DNA of 64,000 bases from Eledone cirrhosa. Taxonomy: Eukaryota. The DNA is taken from the NCBI GenBank assembly GCA_964016885.1, contig OZ024740.1, forward strand, positions 167,090,001-167,154,000, in the 5' to 3' direction. The notes beneath the pieces were generated by a model. That model was not told the DNA's origin and searched no databases. It worked only from the letters and a program-made list of their open reading frames with translations. The stretch's first letter is position 1. Every line of letters starts with the position of its first letter. Below, piece after piece: positions 39,161 through 57,439 of the stretch. The position numbers and the translations under genes are program-made.

Positions 39161-39589
39161 TACATACATACATACATACATACATACATACATACATACA
39201 TACATACATACATACATACATACATACATACATACATACATACTATCCTATCCTATCCTATCCCATCCAGACATCTGCGTTTATTTCATTTTTTGAGACT
39301 GAAATTATTATTTCATAACTTATAACTATATATCTTAGACTCATACAAAAATTGTGACAGGACGATTGCTCAATAAACTTTCATATACGCATAAAACAGC
39401 GTACAAGCAAGACATTAATGTGCATACATATATGTATATATAAATATACATATTTAAATAAATGTAAGTATGTATGTATACGTACATACATATATGTATA
39501 CAGACGTACAGTAGCATGAATATATATACATACATGCACACACATATATATGCACGTATCGGTTTACCGAACACTTATTATAATGCTCG

Positions 39590-41005
39590 GTTTTATTGTT
39601 TGTAAACAAACAAATAGCCCGAATTACACCGCACAGTGTTTAGGCCACCACGTCACCTTTTTGTTCAACACTGACACAGAAACCATGCACTAGTTTCAAG
39701 CTTATTGGCTATCGTCAGCATCGTATACCGTAAAAGTGGACTTAGCTTCTACCTTCAATGAGTTAGGCCTTAGGATAACAATAGCCACCAACCTCTCTAG
39801 CGTAGATTTCTTAGACATTAATTTAGACCTTCGCACACACACCCGCAGACCCCTCCATAAGCTAATCGAGAAACTTACTTACATTCACAAGGACTCATGC
39901 CACTTTACCACTGTTTTTAGAAACTTCGTTAAGAATATCGGTACTAGAATCTCAAACCTCTCCTCTAATAAGGCTATCTTAGACAGGACGGCACCCTACT
40001 ATAACACGGTGTTGGCTAACAGCGGCTTCTCACAACCTATCACCTACTCTCCCACTAGCAAAAATACCATTAAGAAAAGTAAGCGCATCAATAGACAAAC
40101 TATCTGGGTCTCTCCTCCCTTCTCACTCAACGTTAAAACTAATGTAGGAAAAACATTTCTAGCCCTCTTAGATAGACACTTCCCCATAGGTCATAAATAC
40201 CGCCCCATCTTTAACCGACACAAAGTTAAACTAGGATACTCCTGCGCTAAGAACATGAAGGCCCACATTACCAGCAGCCCTAGGAGCAACACCCCACCAG
40301 GGTGCTCTCGCGGTAAGCCTGAAGCTTGCCCCCTTCAACAGCAATGCAACACACCAGCTGTAATCTATGAAGCTGTGGTCATTTCCAACCGACCAAACGA
40401 ACCACAGGAGGTCAAATCCTATGTGGGCATGGCGGAGGGCCGATTCAAGGAGCGTTTCCTGAACCACCAGTCTACTTTCAGATACCTGGAGAGACGTTCA
40501 TCCACGAAACTCGCGAGCCACGTATGGTCCCTGCGGACTCAAGTATAGGCTACTCCTTTCAATAGAAAGCCATCACTAAGTCCAAGCCATACGCAAGGGG
40601 AAATCCGACGTTTGGCTTATGTATCGACGAACGAATAGCTATCCTAAAGAGATTACGCAATAGTGATTGCCTAAACACGAGAAGTGAATTTTCACACGTT
40701 GTCCACATGTCACCAAACATCTATTGCATAACTACAAGGCTCCGGGCTGATTCTTTGTAATTTTATTTTTAATTTTTTTAAATTTTATTTTAAACCAAAA
40801 AACCTTCCGGACTTTCGCAGTTATCTCCCTTACACCTCCCGCACGCAGTCTAGTATTGCCTGTATGAAGTGACCGAGTTTCTGCGCATGCGAGTTCGTAC
40901 GGTTGTCCTTCCTGTTCCTATAAACATACACATCCCGAGCTGAAGATCCGCGAAGGTGAAACAATTGTTCTCGGTATGGTGAACTAACTGTTGTGTAACC
41001 ACTTC
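39590..41005 (+). mobile_element. Naiad-type Penelope-like element, 5'-truncated
   Basis: ORF 39736-40548: VDFLDINLDL...IWVSPPFSLNVKTNVGKTFL...FNRHKVKLGYSC...CPL...VIYEA...YVG...FKERFLNH; 3' hammerhead; an antisense hammerhead-like motif at 39685-39721. Confidence 0.85.
40935..40974 (+). ncRNA. Minimal type I hammerhead ribozyme
   Basis: ccgag-CTGAAGA-tccgcgaaggt-GAAA-caattg-TT-ctcgg. Confidence 0.7.
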
Positions 41006-41449
41006 TATATATATATATATATATAATTTATTTATTTATTTATATATTAGAAAAATGTATAAGATGTACACATGTTTCGCAGAGGATTGGCTCAAGTTCA
41101 CATATAGTGTAATTGGTGGGGCAGCTGTGCGCTTGTAATGTTCACAAATATCCATGCGTGTGCGAGCGTGAAAGGATTCTTGCGTGTTTATATGCGCGAG
41201 TGGGCGCATATTGGTATGGGATTTGGATGTTCAGAGAATGACTTTAGTGTAAGCAGGAAGCTGAATAGGCGCGGGAAGATATTATGCTAATATGACTAAG
41301 TAATAGTTCATCGTATCATTAATGACAGTTCAAATTTGGCGACGCCTGGCAGCAAGTGACTGAAAACTGAATAAATGAATGAATAAAAAATAACACCAAA
41401 TAAACACGCATTGAATATTTTTTCCCCCAGTAAATGCATTACCCGCTTG

Positions 41450-42470
41450 TTACAAGGCAGTAAACGCCTGGTAATATTGCAGAACGCAGTTCAGTCAAAG
41501 AGACGAGCTGCGGAAAAATCCTGTTTTACAAACGGCGACCATACCTGATCAACATTTCAGAATATCTGAAGATGCATGTTATGCGCAGCCCTCCTCTTAG
41601 AGGATGTTGTGAGCAGATGGAACACCTCTACAATGGAATTTGTCCCTTCCACAAAAAGTTGAGAAGGTGTTCCAATTTTGTGAGGCAAGGCACGACAGTC
41701 AGGCAGTAATAGATGACAGACGCGATACATGCGTTCGCCACCCGTCCCCGACATTTCAGGGATAGTTCCTCTTGAACCATTTTTGGGTCAGAATTTTCAC
41801 TCGACTCGTTACCCGCCCCAGCTCTTATCCAAATGGGGGTCTGGTCCGAATCAGATGCCGAGTCACTTTACGTTTCCGTTCTACGACACTGTTGGACTTC
41901 ATGTAATTGTCTTGTCTTTCCATGTGCCAAACTGCAAGCCCACTGACTTTTACGGTTTCAATTTTCCTCCCATCAAAAATTAATGTCCCGCTATCAAAGT
42001 GCCTCCACCATGATTTCCAAAGGGATCGCCACCATCTCGATGACGTCGTCCACGTAGGCCGACGCAGCACTTCCACATCCCAGTTCATGCGGTATACCCT
42101 GCATCCGCTCCAGCTTCCGCAGTAAACGCTTGAGAGTCAATACGTACAGAAATAAGGAGAGACGACACACTTGACTGAACCATCTGAAACGGTTCCGAAA
42201 TGTGGTCATTTACTTTGATCTCTATGTAGACGGCACTGAAGCCAGTCGCATTGAGGACAGCATCCAGGTATCGTGGTCGATTATATCGAAATCTTTCAAT
42301 TGATCTAAATTGATTAGAGACCCACAGAGACAAGTGTACTCCCTACATTGCCTATGATGTATCGCATGAGTTTTTTGGTTGTCATGTATGCACCTGGTAC
42401 GTATTGCGAATGTTTGCTCATCCTTTACCTTTTTGCTAACACCTTGGTCAAAATCTTAAAATTTGAGTTA
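41450..42470 (-). mobile_element. Decayed L1/Tx1-clade RT fragment
   Basis: QVCRLSLFLYVLTLKRLLRKLE (QGCPLSP-like) and SAYVDDV; frameshifted. Confidence 0.6.
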
Positions 42471-42519
42471 AGCCAATTCATATGTTTGAAATCATCTAAT
42501 GTGTATTGAGGCCTGTCAA

Positions 42520-43110
42520 CGCTTAGTTGACAACTACAACAATGAACAGAATAGCTACAGGTGATGAAACCTGGGTCCATTACGGAGCAAGAATCCAAAA
42601 GCCAGAGAATGGAGTGGACACATCATTTGCCAGCGACGAAGAAATTCAAAACTGAATCTTCGACAGAAAAGGTGATGCTAACTGTTTGGGGGACTGAAAG
42701 GCCTATTCTGGAAGACTACACGGAAAAGCAGTTTACAATCAGAGTACAAGATACAGTGCTATGCAGAAAAACAAGCTGAAGCCAGACATTCACACCTAAC
42801 ACGGAAGCCTATTGTCGAAGAAAATGTTCTTTTTGTGGACAATGCTTGTTCCCATACGGTTGGTGAGACCGTTGAAACCATTAACCAATTGGGTTTTCAG
42901 GTGATAGAACACCCGCTCACTGCCCACATCTCGCGTCTTCCGTCTTTCTGCTATTTACACCGCTCAAATATGCTTAACGAGGTCGTCGATTTCTTACAGA
43001 TACAGAAGTACAGAAAGTGATGGATGAATGTTGAACGATCAAAGGAAAACCTTCTTCTTGGATGGAATACTGCTTTTCTGTAAATATATTGAAAAAACGA
43101 GAGTGCTGAT
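42520..43110 (+). mobile_element. Decayed mariner transposase (catalytic domain)
   Basis: GDETWVHY...ESKSQRMEW...KKFK...KVMLTVW; DNACSH...VIEHP; frameshifts. Confidence 0.8.
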
Positions 43111-43130
43111 AATTTTATATTACCACTCGC

Positions 43131-43191
<61 letters not shown>

Positions 43192-43302
43192 GTATATATA
43201 TATATATAAGGCGTATATATATATAATTTGTATATATATATATATAAATAATTTGTATGTATATATATATATATATACGGTGTATATATATATATATATA
43301 AA

Positions 43303-43339
<37 letters not shown>

Positions 43340-43394
43340 GTATATATATATATATATATATATATAAGGTGTATATATATATATATATAAGGTG

Positions 43395-43442
<48 letters not shown>

Positions 43443-43452
43443 ATATATATAT

Positions 43453-43523
<71 letters not shown>

Positions 43524-43527
<4 letters not shown>

Positions 43528-43685
43528 AAAAACAGATGAAATCGAAAATGCAACTGGAGTCTTATGTTTTTTTAAAATAAGACTCCAGTTGAATTTTCGA
43601 TTTCATCTTTTTTTCTTTATACTTTCACTCGTGTAGGACACCTCGGTTATTTTTCATTATGTAAAAAAAAACCTCACTTTCTAAT
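43524..43685. mobile_element. Fold-back remnant of the Neptune pLTR end
   Basis: gatgaaatcgaaaatgcaactggagtcttat / ataagactccagttgaattttcgatttcatc hairpin, followed by the same tail as ~32910-32975. Confidence 0.75.
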
Positions 43686-43697
43686 ATATATATATAA

Positions 43698-47435
<3,738 letters not shown>

Positions 47436-47449
47436 ATTATATATATAAC

Positions 47450-47487
<38 letters not shown>

Positions 47488-47553
47488 TGAAACAAAATGA
47501 AAACGAAATTTCATTTCTCACTCTTAGTATGGCACTTACTTAAATTTTACGTC

Positions 47554-47584
<31 letters not shown>

Positions 47585-47592
47585 CATGCATA

Positions 47593-47659
<67 letters not shown>

Positions 47660-47663
<4 letters not shown>

Positions 47664-48420
47664 GACGTAAAATAAGAAAATTAAAAAAATTTTAAAAATT
47701 TAAAATTAACTTACTAAAATTTCCACTCCAACTAATTAGTTTCTGTAATGGGATAAATATAGTTACATAATATATATAACTATAGAGAATTTATTACGTC
47801 AATCGGGAGTCTATTCTCAGCTAAGTTCCCAGGCAATGCGCGGACACTAGGAACCCATATAAAATAATAATTCAGTAGATGGAAAGAAGCTAGCGTGGAC
47901 TAAATTCCGGAGCACTGAAAAAATTTCACTGCCTCTGGTCAGTGGCAGATTCTAAAGAATCAATCACGTGACACCGAGGTTAATCAGTTAGGAGCGAGGT
48001 GGTATTATGACAAGAGTCTACTACTACCAGTGAAATTTTTTCAGTGCTCCGGAATACAGTCTACGCTAGCTGCTTTCCATCTACTGAATTATTATTTTTA
48101 TATGGGTTCCTAGTGTCCGCGCATTGCCTGGGAACTTAGCTGAGAATAGACTCCCTGATGACGTAATGAATTCTCTATAGTTATATATATTATGTAACTA
48201 TATTTATCCCATTACAGAAACTAATTAGTTGGAGTGGAAATTTTAGTAAGTAAGTTAATTTTTAATTTAACAAATTTTTTTTTTTAATTTTCTTATTTTA
48301 CGTCTTTCATATAATTGTTCTGCATTCACCTGCATAGAACCACATAGGTACTAAGACATAACTTATATATTTGCTAGCATGAGTGTACATCTGTACACAT
48401 ATGTTGGTAGATGTAGTAAT

Positions 48421-48435
<15 letters not shown>
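47660..48435. mobile_element. Mini-Penelope/retrozyme-like array, locus 3
   Basis: aaagacgtaaaataag start; inversion at ~48030; the right arm crosses the monomer junction at ~48308; CTGATGA at 48155. Confidence 0.8.
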
Positions 48436-48468
<33 letters not shown>

Positions 48469-48488
48469 ATATATACATATAGGATGTA

Positions 48489-48520
<32 letters not shown>

Positions 48521-48564
48521 ATATATATATATATACAAGATGTATATATATATATATATATAAA

Positions 48565-48605
<41 letters not shown>

Positions 48606-48729
48606 ATATATATATATATATATATATAAGATGTGTATATATATAAGATGTATATATATATATATATAAGATGTATATATATATATATATATATAAGATA
48701 TATATATATATATATATATATATAAGATA

Positions 48730-48761
<32 letters not shown>

Positions 48762-48869
48762 ATATATATATATAAGATATATATATATATATATATTTTA
48801 TTTTTAAACGATAGACTTTCGTCAAATCGGACCGAGGAGACAATGTTTCCGTTGGTCTTTCCAATTGTT

Positions 48870-49022
48870 AATACTATCTATCGATCGCAACTCCAGGTAG
48901 AAGGAGCAACGTGAAATAAAGTGTCTTGCTCAAGGGCATAACGCATCGCCCGGTCCATCAATTGAACTCACAACCTCACGATTGCGAATCCAATTATCTA
49001 ACCACTCAGCCACACGCCTTCA
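48870..49022 (-). mobile_element. tRNA-derived SINE 5' fragment (second family)
   Basis: Minus strand tggctgagtgg (A box), gagttcaatt (B box), cccttgagcaagacacttt core. Confidence 0.65.
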
Positions 49023-49194
49023 TATTATATATATATATATAAGATATATATATATATATATATATATATAAGATATATATATATATATAAGATGTATATA
49101 TATATATATATATAAGATGTATATATATATATATGGATGTATATATAATTATATATATATATATATAAGATATATATATATATATATATATATA

Positions 49195-49274
<80 letters not shown>

Positions 49275-49368
49275 ATATATATGGATGTATATATATATAA
49301 GATGTATATATATATAAGGTGTATATATTTATATATAAGGTGTATATATATATATATATGTACATAAG

Positions 49369-49460
<92 letters not shown>

Positions 49461-49518
49461 GTATATGTATATATATGTATATATATAAGGCGTATATATA
49501 TATATATATATATAAGGC

Positions 49519-49553
<35 letters not shown>

Positions 49554-49592
49554 GTGTGTATATATATATATAAATATATATACATATATAAG

Positions 49593-49633
<41 letters not shown>

Positions 49634-49795
49634 GTATATATATATATATAAGGTGTATATATATATATATAAGGTGTATATATATATATATAAGGTGTAT
49701 ATATATATATATATGGTGTATATATATATATAGAGATATATACACTGTCTATGTATATATATGTATATATATATGTATGTATATGTATATATATT

Positions 49796-49857
<62 letters not shown>

Positions 49858-49859
49858 CA

Positions 49860-52380
49860 CACAGTTCAAGAGTAGCCAATCTTATAGAGAGAGATGGAGA
49901 TACGAGAGGAGAGATTGTTGGATTAGTTAGAAGCCAAAGCGTAAAGGCATGTGCTCAATGTGCAATATGCAGTGGAAGGCAGCTAGGTGGCTGGGTTCAT
50001 GCAGAGGTTAGGTGCACAGAGCTGGAAATATTCATTAGTTAATCAAAACAAGACCTCAGATTTCACAAGGAAGACATTATTAAAAGATTGTAAACATATT
50101 TTAGTTTGATGTAGGAATGTAGAGAATAATAATATTAATATTAATAATAATTGTTTCTACTTTAGGCACAAGGCCAACAATTAACCAGTACATTACTAGT
50201 ACTTTATTTTATCGACCCCGTAAGGATGAAAGGCAAAGTCAACCTCGGCGGGATTTGAACTCAATAATATTAATAATAATAATGTCCATTTACAATTGTA
50301 AATACTCCATATAATATTTCCGGATGAAATGATTATATATCATTATTGATCTAGTTCAGTTGAAAATAATTAACATAGGTAGAAATAAAAGAGCTCATTG
50401 GAACGTCAAAAGGAATATAAATTAAAATAAGGAAATATTGTTACATATGTTGGTATTTCACTATGGTGTCCTGGGTATATCAATTGTCTGCCATAGTGGA
50501 GCAGTATTCTTGTGTCGAGGCTGCATTGTGTAAGATCTGCCTATTGGTAACAAGATGGCCGCCAATGGACATATTTACCTTACTAATTAGAGGGTTGTTT
50601 CAGGGGATGTAACTCCTCGAGAGATTAGAAATTGTGGGTAGTTTATAGTTAAGTGCTAATTTTTTAATTTTTTAATTGAGAGACAATGTAAGGGAGGTAA
50701 CTTATAATTATCTAAGTTGGTTATAGCTATTTAACTTATTAGCTACAAGTAAACATGGGGCTAGATGACTATGTTGGATCAAATATTCTGTTGGTGAAGG
50801 AATTAGCCCTTCGATGTTGACAGCTAATAACTACCTCCGTTCTATCGTTAATCGGTAGAAGTCGTGATAGAGTTATGTAATATGCTTCGGTAAGATAGAG
50901 TTCACAAGATTCCCTTCGTCCATTGAACGGTTGGGCACTAGCCAAGATATCTTATGTTAGTGAGTGTTCAACGTTGGTTAATTTAAGGTTTTTAATGAGC
51001 CTAGATAGAGATGTCGAACATCTGTTGTTAGGGTCTCGGAAGGAAAAAGAGTGCGCGATATAGCGCACCTTAAAAGGATTAGAGGTAGACCCGATATATC
51101 AGCTGGTCTGCGAAGCAGTTTTAACCGTGCACCTATAGACTATGTTGGGTGTCAGGCAATGTCCGTTTAGTGTGCATGCATTAGGGTAACGGCAGTTGCA
51201 GTTACTACTGCGGTTAGTGAGAGTAGGGTTGTTTAACCTAAGCAGTTGGTCAGTGCTAGAAGGATTAGATGGGGAGGTGTGCTACTAGAGTAAGTATTGG
51301 TGTAGTGGCGTGGTGTACTTGACGGGGGTGGTGGTATCGCGGTGTGGGAGTTATACTGTCTTAGTTTGTGATGGTTACTGAATGCGATGTGGCTAGCTAG
51401 GTTAGGTGTTGTGGAGAATGAAATTTTAATGTTATTTTTCTTAAAGAGTTTGTAATATCTATGGTTGGTGGGGAAATGTTTAGATAGGATAGAGAAGAAG
51501 CGTTTAGGGATATTAGTGGCTAGATTAGATGAGAATGGGGAGGTTAAGCCAGGTGATATTTCTAGGCCTATTCCTTCTAGGGGTTCTAGTGTAGTTGGTA
51601 GGGGCCTTCATAGGGTCATTATTACCTGGGCATTTGTTATTTGTCATCCCATTGCTAATTCCTATTCTAGTGTTGATTTTTAATTTGCTACTTGGAGTGG
51701 GAAGCAGGCCACTGCCAGCATTAAGGTTCCTTGTATAGGTGCTGTTACTGCTAAAATTCCGGCGAATCTGGCTATATGCTAAGGTATATCTAGTTCTAGT
51801 GTTAAGTTTATTATAGTTGTGGTGAATTGCGGTGTTATGGCATTTAGGTATATAGTAAATAGACTGTTCATAACCAGATTCAGAAAGAGCCGTATTATAA
51901 TATGCTGCATGGTTTATAAATATCTCCTCATTTGCTGATAGCTGGAGATCCTATATGAGATAGATTTGATTACTGCTCTGATGACTGCCGGTGGTGGTTA
52001 GAGTGTGGGCTAATATATGTAAGTATTTCACCTGGTTTATGGTAAGAATACTGCTCCACCATGGCAGACAATTGATATACCCAGGACACCATAGTGAAAT
52101 ACCAACATATGGAACATTACATTTATGTAACATTCTTTACTTATTTTAATTTCTATTTCTTTTGAAGTTCCGATGAGCTGCTCTATTTCTACCTATGTTA
52201 ATTATTTTCAACTGAACCAGATCAATAATGATATATAATCATTTGATCCAGAAATATTATATGGAGTAGCGAAACGATTGTAAACGGACATTTACATTCC
52301 TCATATCAAACTAAAATATGTTGACAATCTTTTAATAATGTCTTCGTTGTGAAATCTGTGATCGTGTTATGCTTAACTAA

Positions 52381-52385
<5 letters not shown>
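49860..52385 (-). mobile_element. Decayed Naiad-type PLE with inverted pLTRs
   Basis: ~50030-50490 is inverted to ~52070-52385 (the left copy carries a SINE fragment at ~50150-50265); minus-strand PPFSSNLATNIPKRFFSILSKHFP...NIKISFSTTPN. Confidence 0.75.
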
Positions 52386-52448
<63 letters not shown>

Positions 52449-52675
52449 TATATATACAGTGTATATATATATATATCTTTAGGTTTGTTGGTTCACCACT
52501 GGATAGAACTAGTCATTTCGTATGGTGAATCCTGCTGTAGTATTGTGAGGAGTACTCAACGCAGTGCAGTTCACTCATCTTCGTTTGTGTAGTTGGTGGT
52601 GCGAATACGGAGTTAATTTTAAATGAAATAAAATAGCAGGAGGCTGGACTGGTGTAAATCCTTGAAAGGTTTATT

Positions 52676-52733
52676 ATACTATGATCATTTCAATGACCTG
52701 GTTCCATATGAATCCGGTGATATCATCAGGTAT
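52676..52733 (-). ncRNA. Type I hammerhead motif in a PLE 3' fragment (~52458-54000)
   Basis: Minus strand atac-CTGATGA-stem II-GAAA-tgatca-TA-gtat. Confidence 0.65.
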
Positions 52734-54079
52734 TGGAATATAACAAAGGAATATGTAAAAACCATGGGTCCCAAAAATCAGAGGCAGAGACAGAGAGGAC
52801 TGCACACCAACTAGCTTCTCGGCCAGTCGCCCACAAAGTGTTAGCAACTGAAGCTACTAATGAATATCTGGTGAGGGGGCGAAGGCTTATAATGCACTAT
52901 CAACACTCCGTCAAAGAAGAAGGGTAAGAAAGAAAGAAATGGAGAAAGAAGTGTAGTGTAAGGGTCATATAAAAGTCATGCTAGAAAATGCCGCGAAAAA
53001 ATGCTACCCCATGGAATCTATAATGGGTGTCTGTATGGTCTAATGTGTGAACCGAAGATTGGAACGTTAAACTTATGTTGCGAGTTATAGCATGAAATTA
53101 ATTTAAATTAAAAATATTAAATTGCAAAATGATAAATTGAAAAATAAATTATTAGAAAATTAAAGATTAAGGTAGCGAGATTTATTTATTTAATGAACTT
53201 ACGGAGAGAGTCTTATATGAACAAATTTATCTCGATAAGATATTAGGATGGGATATAGAGTAAAGATTTCGATTGGGATTCCCAGCCAGTACACCCCCAC
53301 CCTGAGTCAGCCAGTCTCAAGTGGTATCGTCTAGCGGAAGAAATGGAAATTAATTTTTCCGAGTACTCTAGGAACGTAGCTAACTTTGGCTCCGGGAGCG
53401 TTAGCGGGAACTCAACAATTTCGACAGGCCATCGTCTATACCAAACAAATACTATTAAATCCCACTTGAGGTGTTTATTTACGTGCCAGTAGAGGCATGA
53501 TACAGCTAATAGTTATGCCTAAACCTGGAGTTTGGAGGTATAAGTATAATGTGGCGGCCAAAACAGGCGGCGCGGTGGGACCGGGGCAAAGCAACCCGCT
53601 CCGAGTAATGTCGTTTACCGAAAGAGGAGAAATTTATTTTTCCGAGCATTCAAGGAAGGCTGAACTTTCCTAGTGCCCAGGGCGCAGCCGGGAAAAAGCC
53701 ACCACACAAGTAGAAGGTAGCAACTCAATGAAAATTACAAATAGACCAAAATTATTTTAAAGTCCCAGTTAGTCCGGGTTTTAAGTAATGTGGTTCTTTG
53801 GTGGGTAGCGGGCTATGAAAGGTGCATAATGACCTGAGTGATGAAAAGTTACAAACAAATACAAAGATAAAATACCGATATAAAGATAGAATACATTGAT
53901 AAAAATACATTAATAAAATAATAAAATAATAAAAAAAATATACATTAATGAAATAATAAAAAAAATTAATAAAGGTAAATAATAAATAATATAGATCAAG
54001 TTGTAGTAAGATAATACAAGTTGTACATATAGATATAGATATAGAGGATGGAGGAGATGAAATGGTAACAGGTTGTACC

Positions 54080-54400
54080 AAGACTGGTTATAACAAAGTA
54101 TTGGTGATCGATTGACGCAAAAAACAGGCGGGTAGCGATCTCTAGACCTACCAGTCAGAGAAACAATTGTCTGCAATGTGAATAAAGCCCTTATTGTATA
54201 GCAAACCGTGTCACTCTTCTTTCTTGATTTATTATTACTCCAAGTGTAAACTACATAGAAATCACCGCGTACTCGCAGCATCACTATGGAAACGTCTTGT
54301 TGAGTCAAACTTAGCCAAGCGTTAATACTATCCACTAGTCGGAGCACCCTAACTGGACTACATCTAAGTGGACTACCTATAACAATAATTGGTTATCCCG
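54080..54400 (+). mobile_element. PLE pLTR fragment related to 62325-62925
   Basis: actggttataacaaagtattgg...gaaacaattgtc...gaataaagccctta...ggttatcccgtata is shared with the 62-kb palindrome. Confidence 0.65.
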
Positions 54401-54411
54401 TATATATATAA

Positions 54412-54580
54412 CTGTTTCTACCTTAGGCACAAGGCCAGCAATTACCCAGTGCATTACTGGTACTTTATTTTATCGACCCCGTAAGGATGATAGGCAAAGT
54501 CAACATCGGCGGGATTTGAACTCAGATCGTAAAGGGACGTAACTATGCTGGAAAGACCCTCTACCGATACTGCCAATCCA
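54412..54580 (-). mobile_element. SINE (Meta-domain-like core)
   Basis: Reverse complement of the 57207-57383 family. Confidence 0.75.
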
Positions 54581-54584
54581 CCGA

Positions 54585-54910
54585 CAGTGATGGTGATGGT
54601 GACAGTGATAGTGATGGTGATGGTGGTGGTGATGGTGACAGTAGTAGTGGTGGTGATGGTGGTGGTGATGGTGACAGTGATAGTGATGGTGATGGTGACA
54701 GTGATAGAGGTGGTGATGGTGACAGTAATAGTGGTGGTGATAGAGGTGGTGATGGTGGCAGTGATAGTGGTGGAGATGGTGGCAGTGATAGTGGTGGTGA
54801 TGGTGACAGTGATAGAGGTGGTGACAGTGATAGTGGTGGTGATGGTGACAGTGATAGAGGTGGTGATAGTGGTGGAGATGGTGGCAGTGATAGTGGTGGT
54901 GATGGTGACT
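54585..54910. repeat. GTG/ATG/ACA/ATA triplet-based minisatellite
   Basis: gtgatggtgacagtgata units; gives the spurious poly-Val ORF. Confidence 0.9.
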
Positions 54911-55157
54911 ATATTATATATATATATATTGTATATATGTATATATATATATATATGTTGTTTTCCTGTCTCACTCGCTTTACGCGTTTTAATTGTCCTA
55001 ATAACTTAATTTAGTTATTATTGCACCGACGTGAGGTATATGGTTTTTAATGCAATGAAATATCTATGATCGTCGGCAAATCACTGATGAGGGACTTATT
55101 TTATTACATGTTATCCATGTGCTACCAGCAGTATTTTTCTCCCCATTTTATCACCTA

Positions 55158-55209
<52 letters not shown>

Positions 55210-55237
55210 ATCAAAAGATGGTTAAAAGAGTTCCATG

Positions 55238-55308
55238 TATTTTATTATGAGCATTTCAAAAGCAAATATGATCATGCGATGACATTTGCGTTTTCGTCAG
55301 ATAAAATA
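55238..55308 (-). ncRNA. Type I hammerhead motif in pLTR fragment 55207-55465
   Basis: Minus strand tattttat-CTGACGA-long stem II-GAAA-tgctca-TA-ataaaata. Confidence 0.65.
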
Positions 55309-55477
55309 GGGAGACATGATATGAAGGTTAAAAGACACTTGTGAATAGTGCAGTTTTAAATCAACATATGAAAAGTAGTTTTAGATTGATGTGTGATATT
55401 GAGAGAAAAATTGAGGGGGTGGGGGTGGAAAGGATGAAAAACAGTAGGAGATGAGAGTAAAGAATATATATATATAT

Positions 55478-55588
<111 letters not shown>

Positions 55589-56024
55589 CATATATGCTTG
55601 TATGAATATGGGTGTAGTAGTGATTATGTAATATACTATCTATGAAGATCTAATATATTAAAGATTTAACGTATATAACAATTAGAGATAGTTTATGGTG
55701 ATATATACGTTGCATGTCTTTAAATTAAAATATGGTTCTTCATGGTTCTTCATATGTAAACGTACATCATTAAATCTATTCTGTATTTGTGTTATTTATT
55801 TGAAAATATGTATTTTAATGTGAATTTCTGTACTTGTGCGCATTATTATATGTCGGAAACTCTTCTGTTTATATTTTTATGAGAATGCAATTAATATTGC
55901 ATTTGTAATTGCGTGCGGGTTTGTATGTTTTTACTGCATGTGATTCTATACATGAGCTCTGTATGTATGCAAGATGGGTATATTATAAAACTCATGTAAA
56001 TGCGTATCCTTATAATTAACATGT

Positions 56025-56107
<83 letters not shown>

Positions 56108-56139
56108 TGTATATATAGATGTATATATATATATATATA

Positions 56140-56242
<103 letters not shown>

Positions 56243-56310
56243 TCATATATATATATATATATATATATACAGTCATATATATATATATATATATATACAG
56301 TCATATATAT

Positions 56311-56342
<32 letters not shown>

Positions 56343-56569
56343 ACAGTCATATGGAACTATTGTCATCTTGCCTGACGGTTTGAACTTTACAAGATCACCT
56401 GCCTCTTTGATGTCAAATACCAACCCTACTACCATCTACAAACTGACCAATGAGAATCAAGACTATTCCTGCTGACAACATTAATTTATTCCTAACAAGC
56501 TCATATGTCCCAAGTATCTGATACCATCAACACTATAAACACAGAGCTGGCATATCTAAGAACTGACTA

Positions 56570-56625
56570 ACTGCCTGATGAGGTCATAACCATTCATTGG
56601 CTATCATCGAAATATATAAAGCAGT
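56570..56625 (+). ncRNA. Type I hammerhead motif in PLE 3' fragment 56344-56670
   Basis: actgc-CTGATGA-ggtca...-GAAA-tatata..gcagt; related to 5434-5486. Confidence 0.6.
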
Positions 56626-56666
56626 AAATAAAGGATTATGAGTTCATGCAATTGACTTATGTTTCT

Positions 56667-56703
<37 letters not shown>

Positions 56704-56779
56704 CGGAGGAAATGTGGTAAGGAACCAGGTGGACCATAACGCACCAAAGTACACAATACTTAGGATAGTAGAGTGGATA

Positions 56780-56899
56780 ATAGGAACGAGTAGTACCCCG
56801 ACGGCTGAGCTCAAGCCGTTTCGACGGCTAATTCTGGACGTCCAGAATTAACCGTCGTAACGGCTTGAGCTCACCCGTCGAGGTCCTACTCGTTCCTAT
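56780..56899. repeat. ~120-bp GC-rich imperfect palindrome
   Basis: ataggaacgagtag...ctggacgtccag...ctactcgttcctat. Confidence 0.85.
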
Positions 56900-57206
56900 A
56901 TATATATATATATATGCATGAATGATGGATGTGGTTTGGTTACAATGAAATATTATGAAGGTGAACATGTATATAAAATGTTCCTATTTAAGCACTTATA
57001 TGTACACACACAATATATTTGTACATGTTAGTGTCTGAGCTATTGCGTTCCGGTATGTACGTGAGTGTGCTTATATACAAGCGTCAATAACGTGCAAACT
57101 TACGTATGGAGTTATAGGAAACACTGACAGATGCATATGCTCACACTTCCACACATACACAATCCTGGTCCACCATGAATACTTATTGATTTCTATTATT
57201 CGTGCT

Positions 57207-57383
57207 TTGGCAGTATCGGTAGATGGTCGAACGCCATGTTATCCAGCATATAGTTATGCCCCTTTACGGTCTGAGTTCAAATCCTCCCGAGGTTAAATTT
57301 GCCTTTCATCCTTACGGGGTCGATAAAATGAGGTAATGCACTGGGGTAATTGCTGGCCTTGTGCCAAAAGTAGGAACAATTAT
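57207..57383 (+). mobile_element. tRNA-derived SINE (Meta-domain-like core)
   Basis: tggcagtatcgg (A box), gagttcaaatcc (B box), gcctttcatccttacggggtcgataaa. Confidence 0.75.
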
Positions 57384-57439
57384 TACACTGAATGACATCT
57401 ATTACAGTGGGGCTTCAATAGACATGCATGTGTCAGTTA

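Noticed and set aside
40548-41005. SECIS/selenocysteine signal known from some Naiad PLEs
   Set aside because: No conserved in-frame TGA or convincing SECIS could be seen by eye; needs SECISearch
54545-55009. Hydrophobic poly-Val membrane protein ORF
   Set aside because: Triplet minisatellite translation starting inside a SINE
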